DNA of 64,000 nt. Origin: an uncultured Desulfarculus sp. (GTDB lineage: Bacteria; Desulfobacterota; Desulfarculia; Desulfarculales; Desulfarculaceae). The notes beneath the pieces are model-generated. The model searched no databases. It was not told where the DNA came from and saw only the letters and a program-made list of their open reading frames with translations. How positions within the stretch are numbered: position 1 is the first letter of the stretch; each line of letters starts with the position of its first letter. Location: contig CAXXUK010000001.1 of assembly GCA_963665125.2 (NCBI GenBank), positions 2,528,001 to 2,592,000 on the forward strand, in the 5' to 3' direction. The position numbers and the translations under genes were made by a program. Shown here piece after piece: positions 11,146-19,727 of the stretch.

Positions 11146-11586
11146 ATGCCCAAAGGCGAAATCGTTTCAGTGAATATCAGCCTTGAAAAAGGGCTGCCCA
11201 AAAAACCTATAGACCAGGGACGCCTGGAGCCCGATGTCGGCTTGGTGGGCGACGCTCATGCCGGGGCCTGGCACCGTCAGCTGTCGCTGTTGGCCCTGGA
11301 GTCCATTGATATAATGCGCCAACGCGGCGCCGAGGTAAACCCTGGTGATTTTGCCGAAAACATTACCACCAAGGGCCTGAGCCTGCACACCTTGCCGGTT
11401 GGCACGCGCTTGAAGCTGGGCGGCGTTGAGGCCGAGGTCACACAGATCGGCAAGGAATGCCACGCCGGGTGCGCAATCCGTAAGCTGGTGGGCGACTGCA
11501 TTATGCCCCGCCAGGGAATTTTCGTTAGAGTGCTGAATCCGGGAACTGTAAAACCCGGCGACCCGGTTGAACTGTTGGAGGGCTAG
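11146..11586 (+). CDS. MOSC domain protein
   Basis: VSVNIS..KG..K, GDAHAG.WHRQLSLL, PGDFAENITT, TQIGKECH..C.I, GDCIMPRQGIF; only the C-terminal part of the track ORF 10276..11586 is credible. Confidence 0.88.
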   Translation: MPKGEIVSVNISLEKGLPKKPIDQGRLEPDVGLVGDAHAGAWHRQLSLLALESIDIMRQRGAEVNPGDFAENITTKGLSLHTLPVGTRLKLGGVEAEVTQIGKECHAGCAIRKLVGDCIMPRQGIFVRVLNPGTVKPGDPVELLEG

Positions 11587-11981
11587 TGTCAGCCAGAGTC
11601 ACAGCCATAAGCGGACGCAACTGCACGTATTACCTTGACGGCCGGTGCAGCCGCACCCGCAACCAGGGACAAAGCGCCCAGGCCTTTTGCCCGGTAATGC
11701 AGCAGCGGGGGAAATTGGGGGCCAAGACCCGCGATCGTTTGAACCGGCTGGAGCACCTGACTGACCCCAAAGACAGGGAAGTGGCCAGGCGGCACATCAT
11801 GCAAAAAACATCCGAGGCCGTCCAGAAGCTCACCTGCGCGGACTTTGAAGCGGACTACCATGGCCAGCTTTGCCGCCACCAACACCTGATTTACTGCAAA
11901 CTCCTCCTGCCCCAGTGCGAGGGCCGCTGTGATCATTTCATGGTCCGGAGTAAAATCCCGGCGGAGTCCACGGAACTGTGA
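11586..11981 (+). CDS. Cys-rich hypothetical protein
   Basis: 131 aa with 8 Cys; start overlaps the upstream stop (TAGTG) and stop overlaps the downstream start (GTGA). Confidence 0.7.
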   Translation: MSARVTAISGRNCTYYLDGRCSRTRNQGQSAQAFCPVMQQRGKLGAKTRDRLNRLEHLTDPKDREVARRHIMQKTSEAVQKLTCADFEADYHGQLCRHQHLIYCKLLLPQCEGRCDHFMVRSKIPAESTEL

Positions 11982-12460
11982 AAAAAGACCTGCTATGCCC
12001 CGGTTGCGGCGCCACGGTGGAAACATACCGCAACCCAACCCCCACCGTTGATATCATCATCGAACTTGAGGATGGCAGCCTGCCGGGGCCCGTGGTGCTG
12101 ATCGAGCGCAACAATCCGCCCCATGGCTGGGCCATACCCGGCGGTTTCGTTGATTACGGCGAAAGCGTGGAGCAGGCCGCCCGGCGCGAAGCCCTGGAGG
12201 AGACAGGCCTTGAAGTGGAATTGCTGGCCCTCATCGGCGTATACTCAAAGCCGGACCGCGATCCCCGCCAGCACACCCAGACCACGGTCTTCGCGGCCAA
12301 GGCCAAGGGCAGACCCCAGGCGGGCGACGACGCCGGACGGGCGGTTGCCTACAGCCTTGACAACCTGCCGAAACAATTATGCTTTGATCACGGCCGCATT
12401 CTTGATCATTACCGGGCCTGGCGGTTGGGCCTGCGCCCCGCCGCGCCGGTGTTGGAGTAG
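11978..12460 (+). CDS. Nudix hydrolase with N-terminal CxxC
   Basis: CPGCG, YRNPTPTVD, Nudix box GGFVDYGESVEQAARREALEETGL, RDPRQH. Confidence 0.92.
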   Translation: MKKDLLCPGCGATVETYRNPTPTVDIIIELEDGSLPGPVVLIERNNPPHGWAIPGGFVDYGESVEQAARREALEETGLEVELLALIGVYSKPDRDPRQHTQTTVFAAKAKGRPQAGDDAGRAVAYSLDNLPKQLCFDHGRILDHYRAWRLGLRPAAPVLE

Positions 12461-12463
12461 ATC

Positions 12464-13018
12464 ATGAGCCAAAACCAGATAAGCCCCCAGGGTCGCAAGA
12501 TGCTCCTGGCCGCAGCCAGAGGCACCATCAAGGACGTGGTCGGCGGCGGCCAGCCCCAGGCCCGCGACGCCGGAGACGAAGGTCTGCTGATGAACCGCGG
12601 CGCCTTTGTAACCCTGCACAAGCGCGGCAACCTGCGTGGCTGCATCGGCAACTTCGCCGGCGAGGGCCCCCTGGTCTTCACCATACAGCAAATGGCCATC
12701 GCAGCGGCCACCCAGGACCCGCGCTTTTCGCCGGTGAGCCCCGAGGAAATGGGCGACATCGACATAGAGATCAGCGTGCTCTCCCCCCTGGAAGAGATCG
12801 ACGATCCGGCCAACGTCGAGGTGGGCAAGCACGGCGTCTACATCATCAGCCCCCGGGGACGGGGCGTGCTCCTGCCCCAGGTGGCCACAGAACAAGGCTG
12901 GGACCGCGACACCTTCCTGGACCACACCTGCCTCAAGGCCGGCCTGCAACCCGGCTGCTGGCGCGACCCCGACGTCACGATCCTGGTCTTCACCGCTGAA
13001 ATATTCGGCGAAAAATAA
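12464..13018 (+). CDS. amrA: AMMECR1 family protein (AmmeMemoRadiSam system protein A)
   Basis: GAFVTL, LRGCIG, DPRF, IEISVLSP, LLPQVA, CLKAGL. Confidence 0.92.
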   Translation: MSQNQISPQGRKMLLAAARGTIKDVVGGGQPQARDAGDEGLLMNRGAFVTLHKRGNLRGCIGNFAGEGPLVFTIQQMAIAAATQDPRFSPVSPEEMGDIDIEISVLSPLEEIDDPANVEVGKHGVYIISPRGRGVLLPQVATEQGWDRDTFLDHTCLKAGLQPGCWRDPDVTILVFTAEIFGEK

Positions 13019-13020
13019 TT

Positions 13021-13320
13021 TTTGGGGAGACCCTTTTTTGAAAAAAAGGGTCTCCCCAAACCCCTTCCCAAAAAACTTCGTGCGAAACCTTTTCAGCCTG
13101 CGGCTGCAAAGGTTTCGCGTCGTTTGGCCCTGCCCGTTTTGTTGTTTTCGTTTATTTCCGGCCTCAATTGTTTTGCCAAAGGCAAAACAATTGAGGCTGA
13201 AGAAACATCCCAGCCCCAAAAATAATTGACCGGTTGTTGTTTGGCGGCAAAGCCGCAAACGACAACCGGCAAAGTTTTTTGCGGGGTTTGGGGTGCATTT
13301 TTGAAAAAAGCACCCCAAAA
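13021..13320. repeat. Cluster of five palindromes (REP/BIME/MITE-like) between convergent amrA and coaD
   Basis: Inverted repeats at 13021-13060, 13082-13118, 13161-13197, 13230-13269 and 13287-13319; the terminal modules are related and oppositely oriented. Confidence 0.8.
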
Positions 13321-13325
13321 AACAA

Positions 13326-13820
13326 TCAGCCTTCGCCGCGAAGCTCGGCGAATTTCTGGGCCAGGCGTTTTTCGACCAGGGGCGGTACGAGGCCGCTGAC
13401 GTTGCCGCCCAGGCCTGCGGCTTCCTTGATAATGGTGGAACTGACGTAGAACCATTTATAGTCGGTCATCAGAAAGACGGTTTGGACGTCTTTATCGAGT
13501 TTGCGGTTCATCAGGGCCATCTGGAATTCGTATTCAAAGTCGCTCATGGCCCGCATGCCCCGCAGCACGACGTTGCCGCCCAGGCTGGTGACGTAGTTCA
13601 TCAGCAGGCCGTCAAAGCATTCGACCCGCACGCCTTTGAGGTGTTTGGTTACTTCGCTGATTATGTCGATGCGTTCATCCACGCTGAAGAGGCTTTTTTT
13701 CTCCGAGTTGCGGCCAATGGCCATTACGATCTCCGGAAAGATCTCCAGTCCGCGTCTCAAGATGGATAAATGCCCATTGGTGATCGGGTCGAAAGAGCCC
13801 GGATAGACCGCAAGTGTCAT
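13326..13820 (-). CDS. coaD: Phosphopantetheine adenylyltransferase
   Basis: YPGSFDPITNGH, RGMRAMSDFEYEFQMA, VSSTIIKE. Confidence 0.96.
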   Translation of the reverse strand: MTLAVYPGSFDPITNGHLSILRRGLEIFPEIVMAIGRNSEKKSLFSVDERIDIISEVTKHLKGVRVECFDGLLMNYVTSLGGNVVLRGMRAMSDFEYEFQMALMNRKLDKDVQTVFLMTDYKWFYVSSTIIKEAAGLGGNVSGLVPPLVEKRLAQKFAELRGEG

Positions 13821-14383
13821 GACTGTCCCTCGTCTTGCGCCGCCGGCCTCAGCAGCGACAACTCTGTTTGACCATAGGCCCTATGGTCGATTATCTCCAC
13901 ACCCTCGGCGGAAGGAGGTTCGCCGGGCGAGTGCTCCACCACCATCAACCCCTGGGGGGTCAAAAAACCTTCGGTTGACGCCAGCCGGGCCAGCCGGGCC
14001 ACAAAGCCGCGCCCATACGGCGGGTCGGCAAAGGCCAAGTCAAACGGCCCAAGGGCCAACAGCCGGGCGCTGGGCGCCGCGGCGTCGGCCATGATGATCC
14101 GACCGCGCTCTCGCAGGCCCAGTCCGTCCAGGTTTTGGCCAATAACCCGAATAACCGGCCTGCGCAGTTCAACGAACAGGCAGCTTTCCGCTCCCCTGCT
14201 CAGGGCCTCTATGCCTAGAGCCCCCGCCCCCGCGAACAGATCGCAGACCTTGGCGCCATCCACCCTGGCGCCCAGGATATTGAACAGGGCCTGGCGCACT
14301 TTGGCCGACGTTGGCCTTGTTTCCAGACCGGGCGGGGCCTTGATCAGGCGGCCCCTGAGTTCGCCTCCACAGACCTTTAGCAT
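13817..14383 (-). CDS. rsmD: 16S rRNA m2G966 methyltransferase
   Basis: TRPTSAKVRQALFNIL, DLFAGAGALGIEALSRGA, DPPY; adjacent to coaD. Confidence 0.92.
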   Translation of the reverse strand: MLKVCGGELRGRLIKAPPGLETRPTSAKVRQALFNILGARVDGAKVCDLFAGAGALGIEALSRGAESCLFVELRRPVIRVIGQNLDGLGLRERGRIIMADAAAPSARLLALGPFDLAFADPPYGRGFVARLARLASTEGFLTPQGLMVVEHSPGEPPSAEGVEIIDHRAYGQTELSLLRPAAQDEGQS

Positions 14384-14407
14384 AGCCCGCCCGGTGTCCC
14401 GCAGCCC

Positions 14408-15430
14408 TTATAGATACTTTTCGCCCAGGATCCTGGCGATCTGCACCGCATTGGTGGCCGCACCCTTGCGGATGTTGTCGGCGACCAGCCATAGGTCTAT
14501 GCCGCTTTCCTGGCTGATGTCCTCGCGGATACGTCCCACCAGTGTCAGGTCCTGGCCCGCGGCGTCCAGGGCCATGGGGTAGTCCTTGTTCTGCGGGTCA
14601 TCGACTACCTTGACGCCCGGCGCGGCGGCCAGCAGGTCGCGGACCTCGGTGGCGCTGAGCTTCTTCTCGGTGGCGATGTTGCAAGACTCGGAGTGGCCGT
14701 AGATCACCGGCACGCGCACGCAGGTGGCCGAAACCATGATGGAATCGTCCTCCATGATCTTGCGCGTCTCATTGACCATCTTCATCTCTTCCTTGGTGTA
14801 GCCGTTATCGGTGAAGACGTCGATGTGCGGCAGAGCGTTGCCGGCGATCTGGTGCGGGTACACGTTCACCGCCGGGGCCTCGTTCTTGCAGTAGATTGAC
14901 CGGAGCTGGTTTTCAAGCTCGACAATGGCCTTTTGACCGGTGCCGCTGACAGCCTGGTAGGTGCTGACGACAACCCGCTTGATCTTGGCCGCGTCGTGGA
15001 TGGGCTTCAACACCACCAACATCTGAATGGTCGAGCAGTTGGGGTTGGCTATGATGCCCTTTTTGGTGTAACCGGCGATGGCGTGGGGGTTGACCTCGGG
15101 CACCACCAGGGGCACGTCCGGGTCCATGCGCCAGGCAGAGGAATTGTCCACCACCACGGCGCCGGATTTGGCCGCAACGGGAGCCCACTGCTGGCTGGTG
15201 CCGCCGCCGGCCGAGAACAGGGCGATGTCGATGCCCTTGAAAGATTCTTTGCCCAGTACCTGGACCTCGATATCCTGGCCCTTGTAGGGCAGCTTCTTGC
15301 CCTTGGAGCGCTCGGAGGCCAGCAGCCTCAGTTCACTGATGGGGAAATCCGCCTCTTCCAGGCACTGAATCATCTGGTTGCCGACCGCGCCGGTGGCTCC
15401 GGCCACAGCCACACGGAACTGCTTGCTCAT
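14408..15430 (-). CDS. asd: Aspartate-semialdehyde dehydrogenase
   Basis: GATGAVG, DNSSAWRM, ANPNCSTIQ, STYQAVSGTG, DNIRKGAATNAVQI. Confidence 0.96.
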   Translation of the reverse strand: MSKQFRVAVAGATGAVGNQMIQCLEEADFPISELRLLASERSKGKKLPYKGQDIEVQVLGKESFKGIDIALFSAGGGTSQQWAPVAAKSGAVVVDNSSAWRMDPDVPLVVPEVNPHAIAGYTKKGIIANPNCSTIQMLVVLKPIHDAAKIKRVVVSTYQAVSGTGQKAIVELENQLRSIYCKNEAPAVNVYPHQIAGNALPHIDVFTDNGYTKEEMKMVNETRKIMEDDSIMVSATCVRVPVIYGHSESCNIATEKKLSATEVRDLLAAAPGVKVVDDPQNKDYPMALDAAGQDLTLVGRIREDISQESGIDLWLVADNIRKGAATNAVQIARILGEKYL

Positions 15431-15564
15431 GCCATTCCTCTTTTTTTTGTCCCGATTACGGGGATTGAATTTTATTGATAATCGGCTATTAATTGCCGGA
15501 ACATAGTCCTAACGTACAAGAGCGGCAATTGCAAATTTTTTTACCGTCCGGCTCCCAAACAGAA

Positions 15565-15598
15565 GGGCCGGGGCGTCAACCCGTGACATCCCGGCCCG
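15565..15598 (-). terminator. Hairpin downstream of leuA, probable terminator
   Basis: GGGCCGGG/CCCGGCCC stem followed by TTCTGTTT on the minus strand. Confidence 0.55.
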
Positions 15599-15626
15599 TT
15601 CTCGGTTCTATTTCAGTCCGACTTGC

Positions 15627-17174
15627 CTACAGTCTGCCTTCGTCCGGCGAAACCAGCGAATCATGGGTGCTCACGTATTCCAGGCGGTTGAGGCCGTTTA
15701 AAAAGGCCTTGGCCGAGGCCACCAGGATGTCCGGGTCCGCGCCTTTGCCCAGGACCACACGGCCGTTTTCCTGGAGCCGCACGGTAACCTCGCCCTGGGC
15801 GTCCATGCCGCCGGTGACGCTGGCCACGCTGAAGCGCATCAGCTTTGCCTTGGAGCCGGTGATGCGCAGGATGGCGTTGAACACAGCATCGACAGGGCCG
15901 TTGCCGAATGCCGCGTCGCGTTTTTCATCGCCGCTGTCCCAGATCCGCACCGTGGCCACGGGCTCGACTTCGGTGCCGCTCATCACGTTGAGGTATTTGA
16001 GCTCCCAACGGATGGGGATGCGCAGGATCTCGTCGGCGATCAGGGCCTCGAGGTCCTCATCGACGATGTCCTTTTTCTTGTCGGCCAGGCGTTTGAAGGC
16101 AGAAAACAGCCTGTCGCACTGTTCCACGTCCAGTTCGTAGCCGTTGCCCTTGAGCCAGTTACGCAGGGCGGCCCGGCCCGAGTGTTTGCCCAGAACCACG
16201 GTGTTTTGATCCACACCCACCTCTTCGGGGGTCATGATCTCGTAGGTCAAAGGCTGTTTGAGCACGCCGTCTACATGGATGCCCGCCTCGTGGGCAAATG
16301 CGTTGGCCCCGACAATGGCCTTGTTGGGCTGCACCGGCAGGCCGGTGATCATGGTCACCAGGCGGCTGGTGGAGTACAGCTCGCTACGGGTGACGCCGGT
16401 CTCCAGGCCCAGTTCCTTTTGGCGGGTGGCCAGGGCCATGACCACCTCTTCGATGGAGGCGTTGCCCGCCCGCTCGCCGATGCCGTTGATGCAGCCTTCC
16501 ACCTGGCGGGCTCCGGCCCGCACGCCGGCGATGCTGTTGGCCACGGCCATGCCCAGGTCGTCATGGCAATGCACGCTGATGGTGGCGTTCTTGGCCTCGG
16601 GCACCTGCTCGACGATATAGCTGATGCGCTCATAGAATTCATGGGGCAGGGCGTAGCCCACCGTGTCGGGGATATTGATGGTGGAGGCTCCGGCCTCCAG
16701 GGCCACGCGAACGCATTGGCAGAGGAAGTCCGGATCGCTGCGGCTGGCGTCTTCGGCGCTCCACTGCACATCCTCGCACATGCTGCGGGCGTGGCTTACG
16801 CCGCTTTTGATCTCCTGGAGCACCTGCTCCCGGGTCATCTGCAGCTTGTATTGCAGGTGGATGTCGCTGGTGGCCACGAATGTGTGTATGCGCGGCTTTT
16901 CAGCGTCCTGGATGGCCTCCCAGCAGCGCTCGATATCGGCCGGACGGGTCCGGGACAGGCCGCAGATGATGGGGCCCTTTACGTCCCTGGCAATGGCCTG
17001 GACGGCCTCGAAGTCGCCAGGGCTGGCCGCCGGGAAGCCCGCCTCGATGATATCCACGCCCAGCTTGGCCAGTTTGCGGGCCAAACGGATCTTTTCTTCC
17101 TTGTTCATGGAGGCGCCGGGAGACTGTTCGCCGTCACGCAGGGTAGTGTCAAATATTTTCACATAGTTGGACAT
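15627..17174 (-). CDS. leuA: 2-isopropylmalate synthase
   Basis: FDTTLRDGEQSPG, HCHDDLG, GERAGNA, FAHEAGIH, C-terminal regulatory domain (GNGPVDA); GGAGA RBS before ATG 17174. Confidence 0.95.
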   Translation of the reverse strand: MSNYVKIFDTTLRDGEQSPGASMNKEEKIRLARKLAKLGVDIIEAGFPAASPGDFEAVQAIARDVKGPIICGLSRTRPADIERCWEAIQDAEKPRIHTFVATSDIHLQYKLQMTREQVLQEIKSGVSHARSMCEDVQWSAEDASRSDPDFLCQCVRVALEAGASTINIPDTVGYALPHEFYERISYIVEQVPEAKNATISVHCHDDLGMAVANSIAGVRAGARQVEGCINGIGERAGNASIEEVVMALATRQKELGLETGVTRSELYSTSRLVTMITGLPVQPNKAIVGANAFAHEAGIHVDGVLKQPLTYEIMTPEEVGVDQNTVVLGKHSGRAALRNWLKGNGYELDVEQCDRLFSAFKRLADKKKDIVDEDLEALIADEILRIPIRWELKYLNVMSGTEVEPVATVRIWDSGDEKRDAAFGNGPVDAVFNAILRITGSKAKLMRFSVASVTGGMDAQGEVTVRLQENGRVVLGKGADPDILVASAKAFLNGLNRLEYVSTHDSLVSPDEGRL

Positions 17175-17257
17175 GATTATATTCTCCATGGCAAATGATA
17201 TTGCCGAAATTGCGCAAATTTGGTTGTGAATGATTAAGCTGTTTCGGCGCTGAGAGT

Positions 17258-18058
17258 CTATTCGGAGGAAGTGCCCGGCTCGGGTTCAATTTCGGGCGCC
17301 GGTTCCTTCGCAGCCTCCCTGCGCTCAAGTAGTCGAGCGCCTATCGGACCGCCGGCAACGTATAGGGCCATTAGGAGAAAGCCCATCAGGTAAGGCTGCA
17401 ATGCAACCAACACGAACACCAGGAGGCTGGCCACAACGCCGTTGAAGGAACGCAGTTTGGCCACGCCCATGGATTTGAAGGAAAGATACTGGATGTTGCT
17501 GACCATCAGGAAGCTGAGGACGAACATCAGGCCCAGGGCCACATATGGGTTGAAGGGCATGGGCAGGCTGAGTTGGGTCCACATCATTACCGTGCTGGCC
17601 AGCATACAGGCCGCCGCGGGAATGGGCAGGCCCGTGAAATGCTTGTGCGGCTTGGCGTCGTCGGCGGCCACGTTGAAACGGGCCAGGCGCAACGCGCCGC
17701 AGGCCGCGAAAAGGAACGCGCCGATAAAGCCCAGGCGGCCCAGGGGCTCCAGGGCCCAGACATAGAGCATGATCGCCGGGGCCACGCCAAAGGCCACCAG
17801 GTCGGCCAGGGAATCGTATTCCACGCCGAAGCGGCTGGTGGTTTTAGTGGCCCGGGCCACGCGGCCGTCGAGCCCGTCGAAGACCAGCGAGACAAACACG
17901 GCTATGGAGGCGTGCAGGTAATTGCCGTCGATGGCGGAAACGGCGCAGTAAAAGCCGGCGAACAAACTGGCGGTGGTAAAGAGGTTCGGCAGGACATAGA
18001 TCGCCTTCCTGCGTTGCTCTCTGGTCATTTTCCGCCTTGGTTTGCGCTGGCGCGCCAT
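17258..18058 (-). CDS. pssA: CDP-diacylglycerol-serine O-phosphatidyltransferase
   Basis: LPNLFT, DGLDGRVAR..SRFGVEYDSLAD, LRLARFN, FTGLPIPAAA. Confidence 0.93.
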   Translation of the reverse strand: MARQRKPRRKMTREQRRKAIYVLPNLFTTASLFAGFYCAVSAIDGNYLHASIAVFVSLVFDGLDGRVARATKTTSRFGVEYDSLADLVAFGVAPAIMLYVWALEPLGRLGFIGAFLFAACGALRLARFNVAADDAKPHKHFTGLPIPAAACMLASTVMMWTQLSLPMPFNPYVALGLMFVLSFLMVSNIQYLSFKSMGVAKLRSFNGVVASLLVFVLVALQPYLMGFLLMALYVAGGPIGARLLERREAAKEPAPEIEPEPGTSSE

Positions 18059-18696
18059 TACAGTTCTCCGATAACCGTTATCCCGGCCCGAACCTTTTGG
18101 CCTCGTTGGACCGTGGGCCTTGCATCCAGGGGCAAATATACATCCAACCTGGACCCAAACCTAATCATACCGTAACGAACACCCTTTTGCACGATTTGTC
18201 CTGGTGACAATTCGCATTCGATGCGCCGGGCCACCATGCCGGCCACCTGGGTGACAAGAAGCCTTTTGCCGTCTCCGATGTCGATGAGCACCTCCTGGCG
18301 CTCATTGGCGTGGCGGGCCTGGTCCAGGTTGGCCATGGCATAGCCGCCGTCGACATGCCGGGAACTGACAATTTCGCCGTCAATGGGCGCCCGGTTGACG
18401 TGCACGTTGAACAGGCTCATGAATATGGACACCAGCATGGCCTGTCCGCCTGGCATATCGGCGTGCTCGGCCTGGCCCACATGCACCACCGTGCCGTCGG
18501 CCGGGCTGATCACCTGGTTGGGTGCGCTGTTGTGGCGTCTTGCCGGATCACGGAAGAAAAACAACGTGAACGCGAACAATGCCAGCAGCGGAGCCGTGAG
18601 CCACCATGAACCGACAAGGGTGGACGCCCCGAACAACACGGCGAAGGCCGCATAGAGGTTAACGCCGTAACGCGCCAACGGAAATTTATCGAACAC
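18058..18696 (-). CDS. psd: Phosphatidylserine decarboxylase proenzyme
   Basis: FFRDP, SPADG, IFMSLFNVHVNRAP, RFGSRLD self-cleavage motif. Confidence 0.92.
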   Translation of the reverse strand: MFDKFPLARYGVNLYAAFAVLFGASTLVGSWWLTAPLLALFAFTLFFFRDPARRHNSAPNQVISPADGTVVHVGQAEHADMPGGQAMLVSIFMSLFNVHVNRAPIDGEIVSSRHVDGGYAMANLDQARHANERQEVLIDIGDGKRLLVTQVAGMVARRIECELSPGQIVQKGVRYGMIRFGSRLDVYLPLDARPTVQRGQKVRAGITVIGEL

Positions 18697-18701
18697 GGGC
18701 G

Positions 18702-18926
18702 TCAGCCATCGCGATGCTGGGCCAAAATCGCTTCGATGCGATCGCGGCCGGCCAGCTTTATCTTTTGCAGACGCTTGCGTTCCATCTGCTCCTCTGCCGA
18801 GAGGTATAGCCGGTCGCCAAGCTCATCCAACTTGGTTTCCAGCTCCCTGTGCTTGGTCCAAAGCTGGGCCAATTCATCGTTTTCAACAATCAATTGCTCT
18901 ATCAAGTCGAGATCACGCTGTTCCAT
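18702..18926 (-). CDS. DUF465/YdcH-like small coiled-coil protein
   Basis: MEQRDLDLIEQL...HRELETKL...KKLAGRD-like tail (QKIKLAGRD); GGAGG RBS upstream. Confidence 0.75.
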   Translation of the reverse strand: MEQRDLDLIEQLIVENDELAQLWTKHRELETKLDELGDRLYLSAEEQMERKRLQKIKLAGRDRIEAILAQHRDG

Positions 18927-18952
18927 CAAACCCTCCCCGAAGGCGTGCAGTG

Positions 18953-19672
18953 TTATTTTTGGGGGACCAGGGAATAAACGCAGCGCACTTCGGCGCTTAC
19001 CATCATCGAACCAGGCTCGAGACTCGAACCTGCCGATCTTTCCGCAACGGCGGCCCGCATGGGCATCATCCCGCCGCTGCCCGGAGCCGCATCGGCCCGC
19101 AGCAGCACGCCCAGTTTCATACCCGCCGTTTCGGCCAGGGCTTCGGCCTGGGCCTTGGCATCCAATAGCGCGGCCTGCTTGGCCTTTATCCTGGCCTTGC
19201 CCGGATCGGCCAGGCCCCAATTGGGACCGTCGATGCCCCTGGCTCCGGCGGCGACCGCCGTGTCAATGACCGCTCCCATGGAGTCCAGATCGGCCGAAGT
19301 AAATTTCAGGGTGTGGGATGCCCGGTATCCCTTGAGGATGTTGACGCCGCGCACCCTGTCGTATTCCTTGACCGCGCCGAGACTATACCCGGAGGTCTCC
19401 AACTTGTCGGCAGGCGATTTTATCTTTTTCAGCGCTGCGAGCACCTCCGCACTTAGTTCGGCATTAACCTGGGCGGCCTGTTTGGCGCCAGGCTCCTGGC
19501 TTATCACCTCGATAAACAAAACCGCCTGGTCGGGCTTGAAGCCCAGTTCGGCGTGGCCCATCACGCCAATGGACGGATTTTCCGGCACCGGGCAGGGCCT
19601 GGCGGCCATGGCCGCGGCGGGCAGCATCATCATAAGGGCCAAAACAGCAACACCCACAAATTTTCTAGACAT
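18953..19672 (-). CDS. SIMPL (DUF541) periplasmic protein
   Basis: Signal peptide; GHAELGFKPDQA, GYRASHTL, DAKAQAEALAETAG. Confidence 0.8.
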   Translation of the reverse strand: MSRKFVGVAVLALMMMLPAAAMAARPCPVPENPSIGVMGHAELGFKPDQAVLFIEVISQEPGAKQAAQVNAELSAEVLAALKKIKSPADKLETSGYSLGAVKEYDRVRGVNILKGYRASHTLKFTSADLDSMGAVIDTAVAAGARGIDGPNWGLADPGKARIKAKQAALLDAKAQAEALAETAGMKLGVLLRADAAPGSGGMMPMRAAVAERSAGSSLEPGSMMVSAEVRCVYSLVPQK

Positions 19673-19727
19673 CCTATTCCTCCGGTTTTCACCAAAGATC
19701 ATATCATGCCATGGGCCCTGTTATGAA

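Noticed and set aside
13021..13320. Possible CRISPR array or integron attC cluster
   Set aside because: No identical direct repeats with regular spacers, no cas or integrase genes, and no clear RYYYAAC/GTTRRRY ends
12377..13455. Several short ORFs over the palindrome cluster
   Set aside because: Lys/Phe/Pro-rich translations of the repeats with no RBS or domain features
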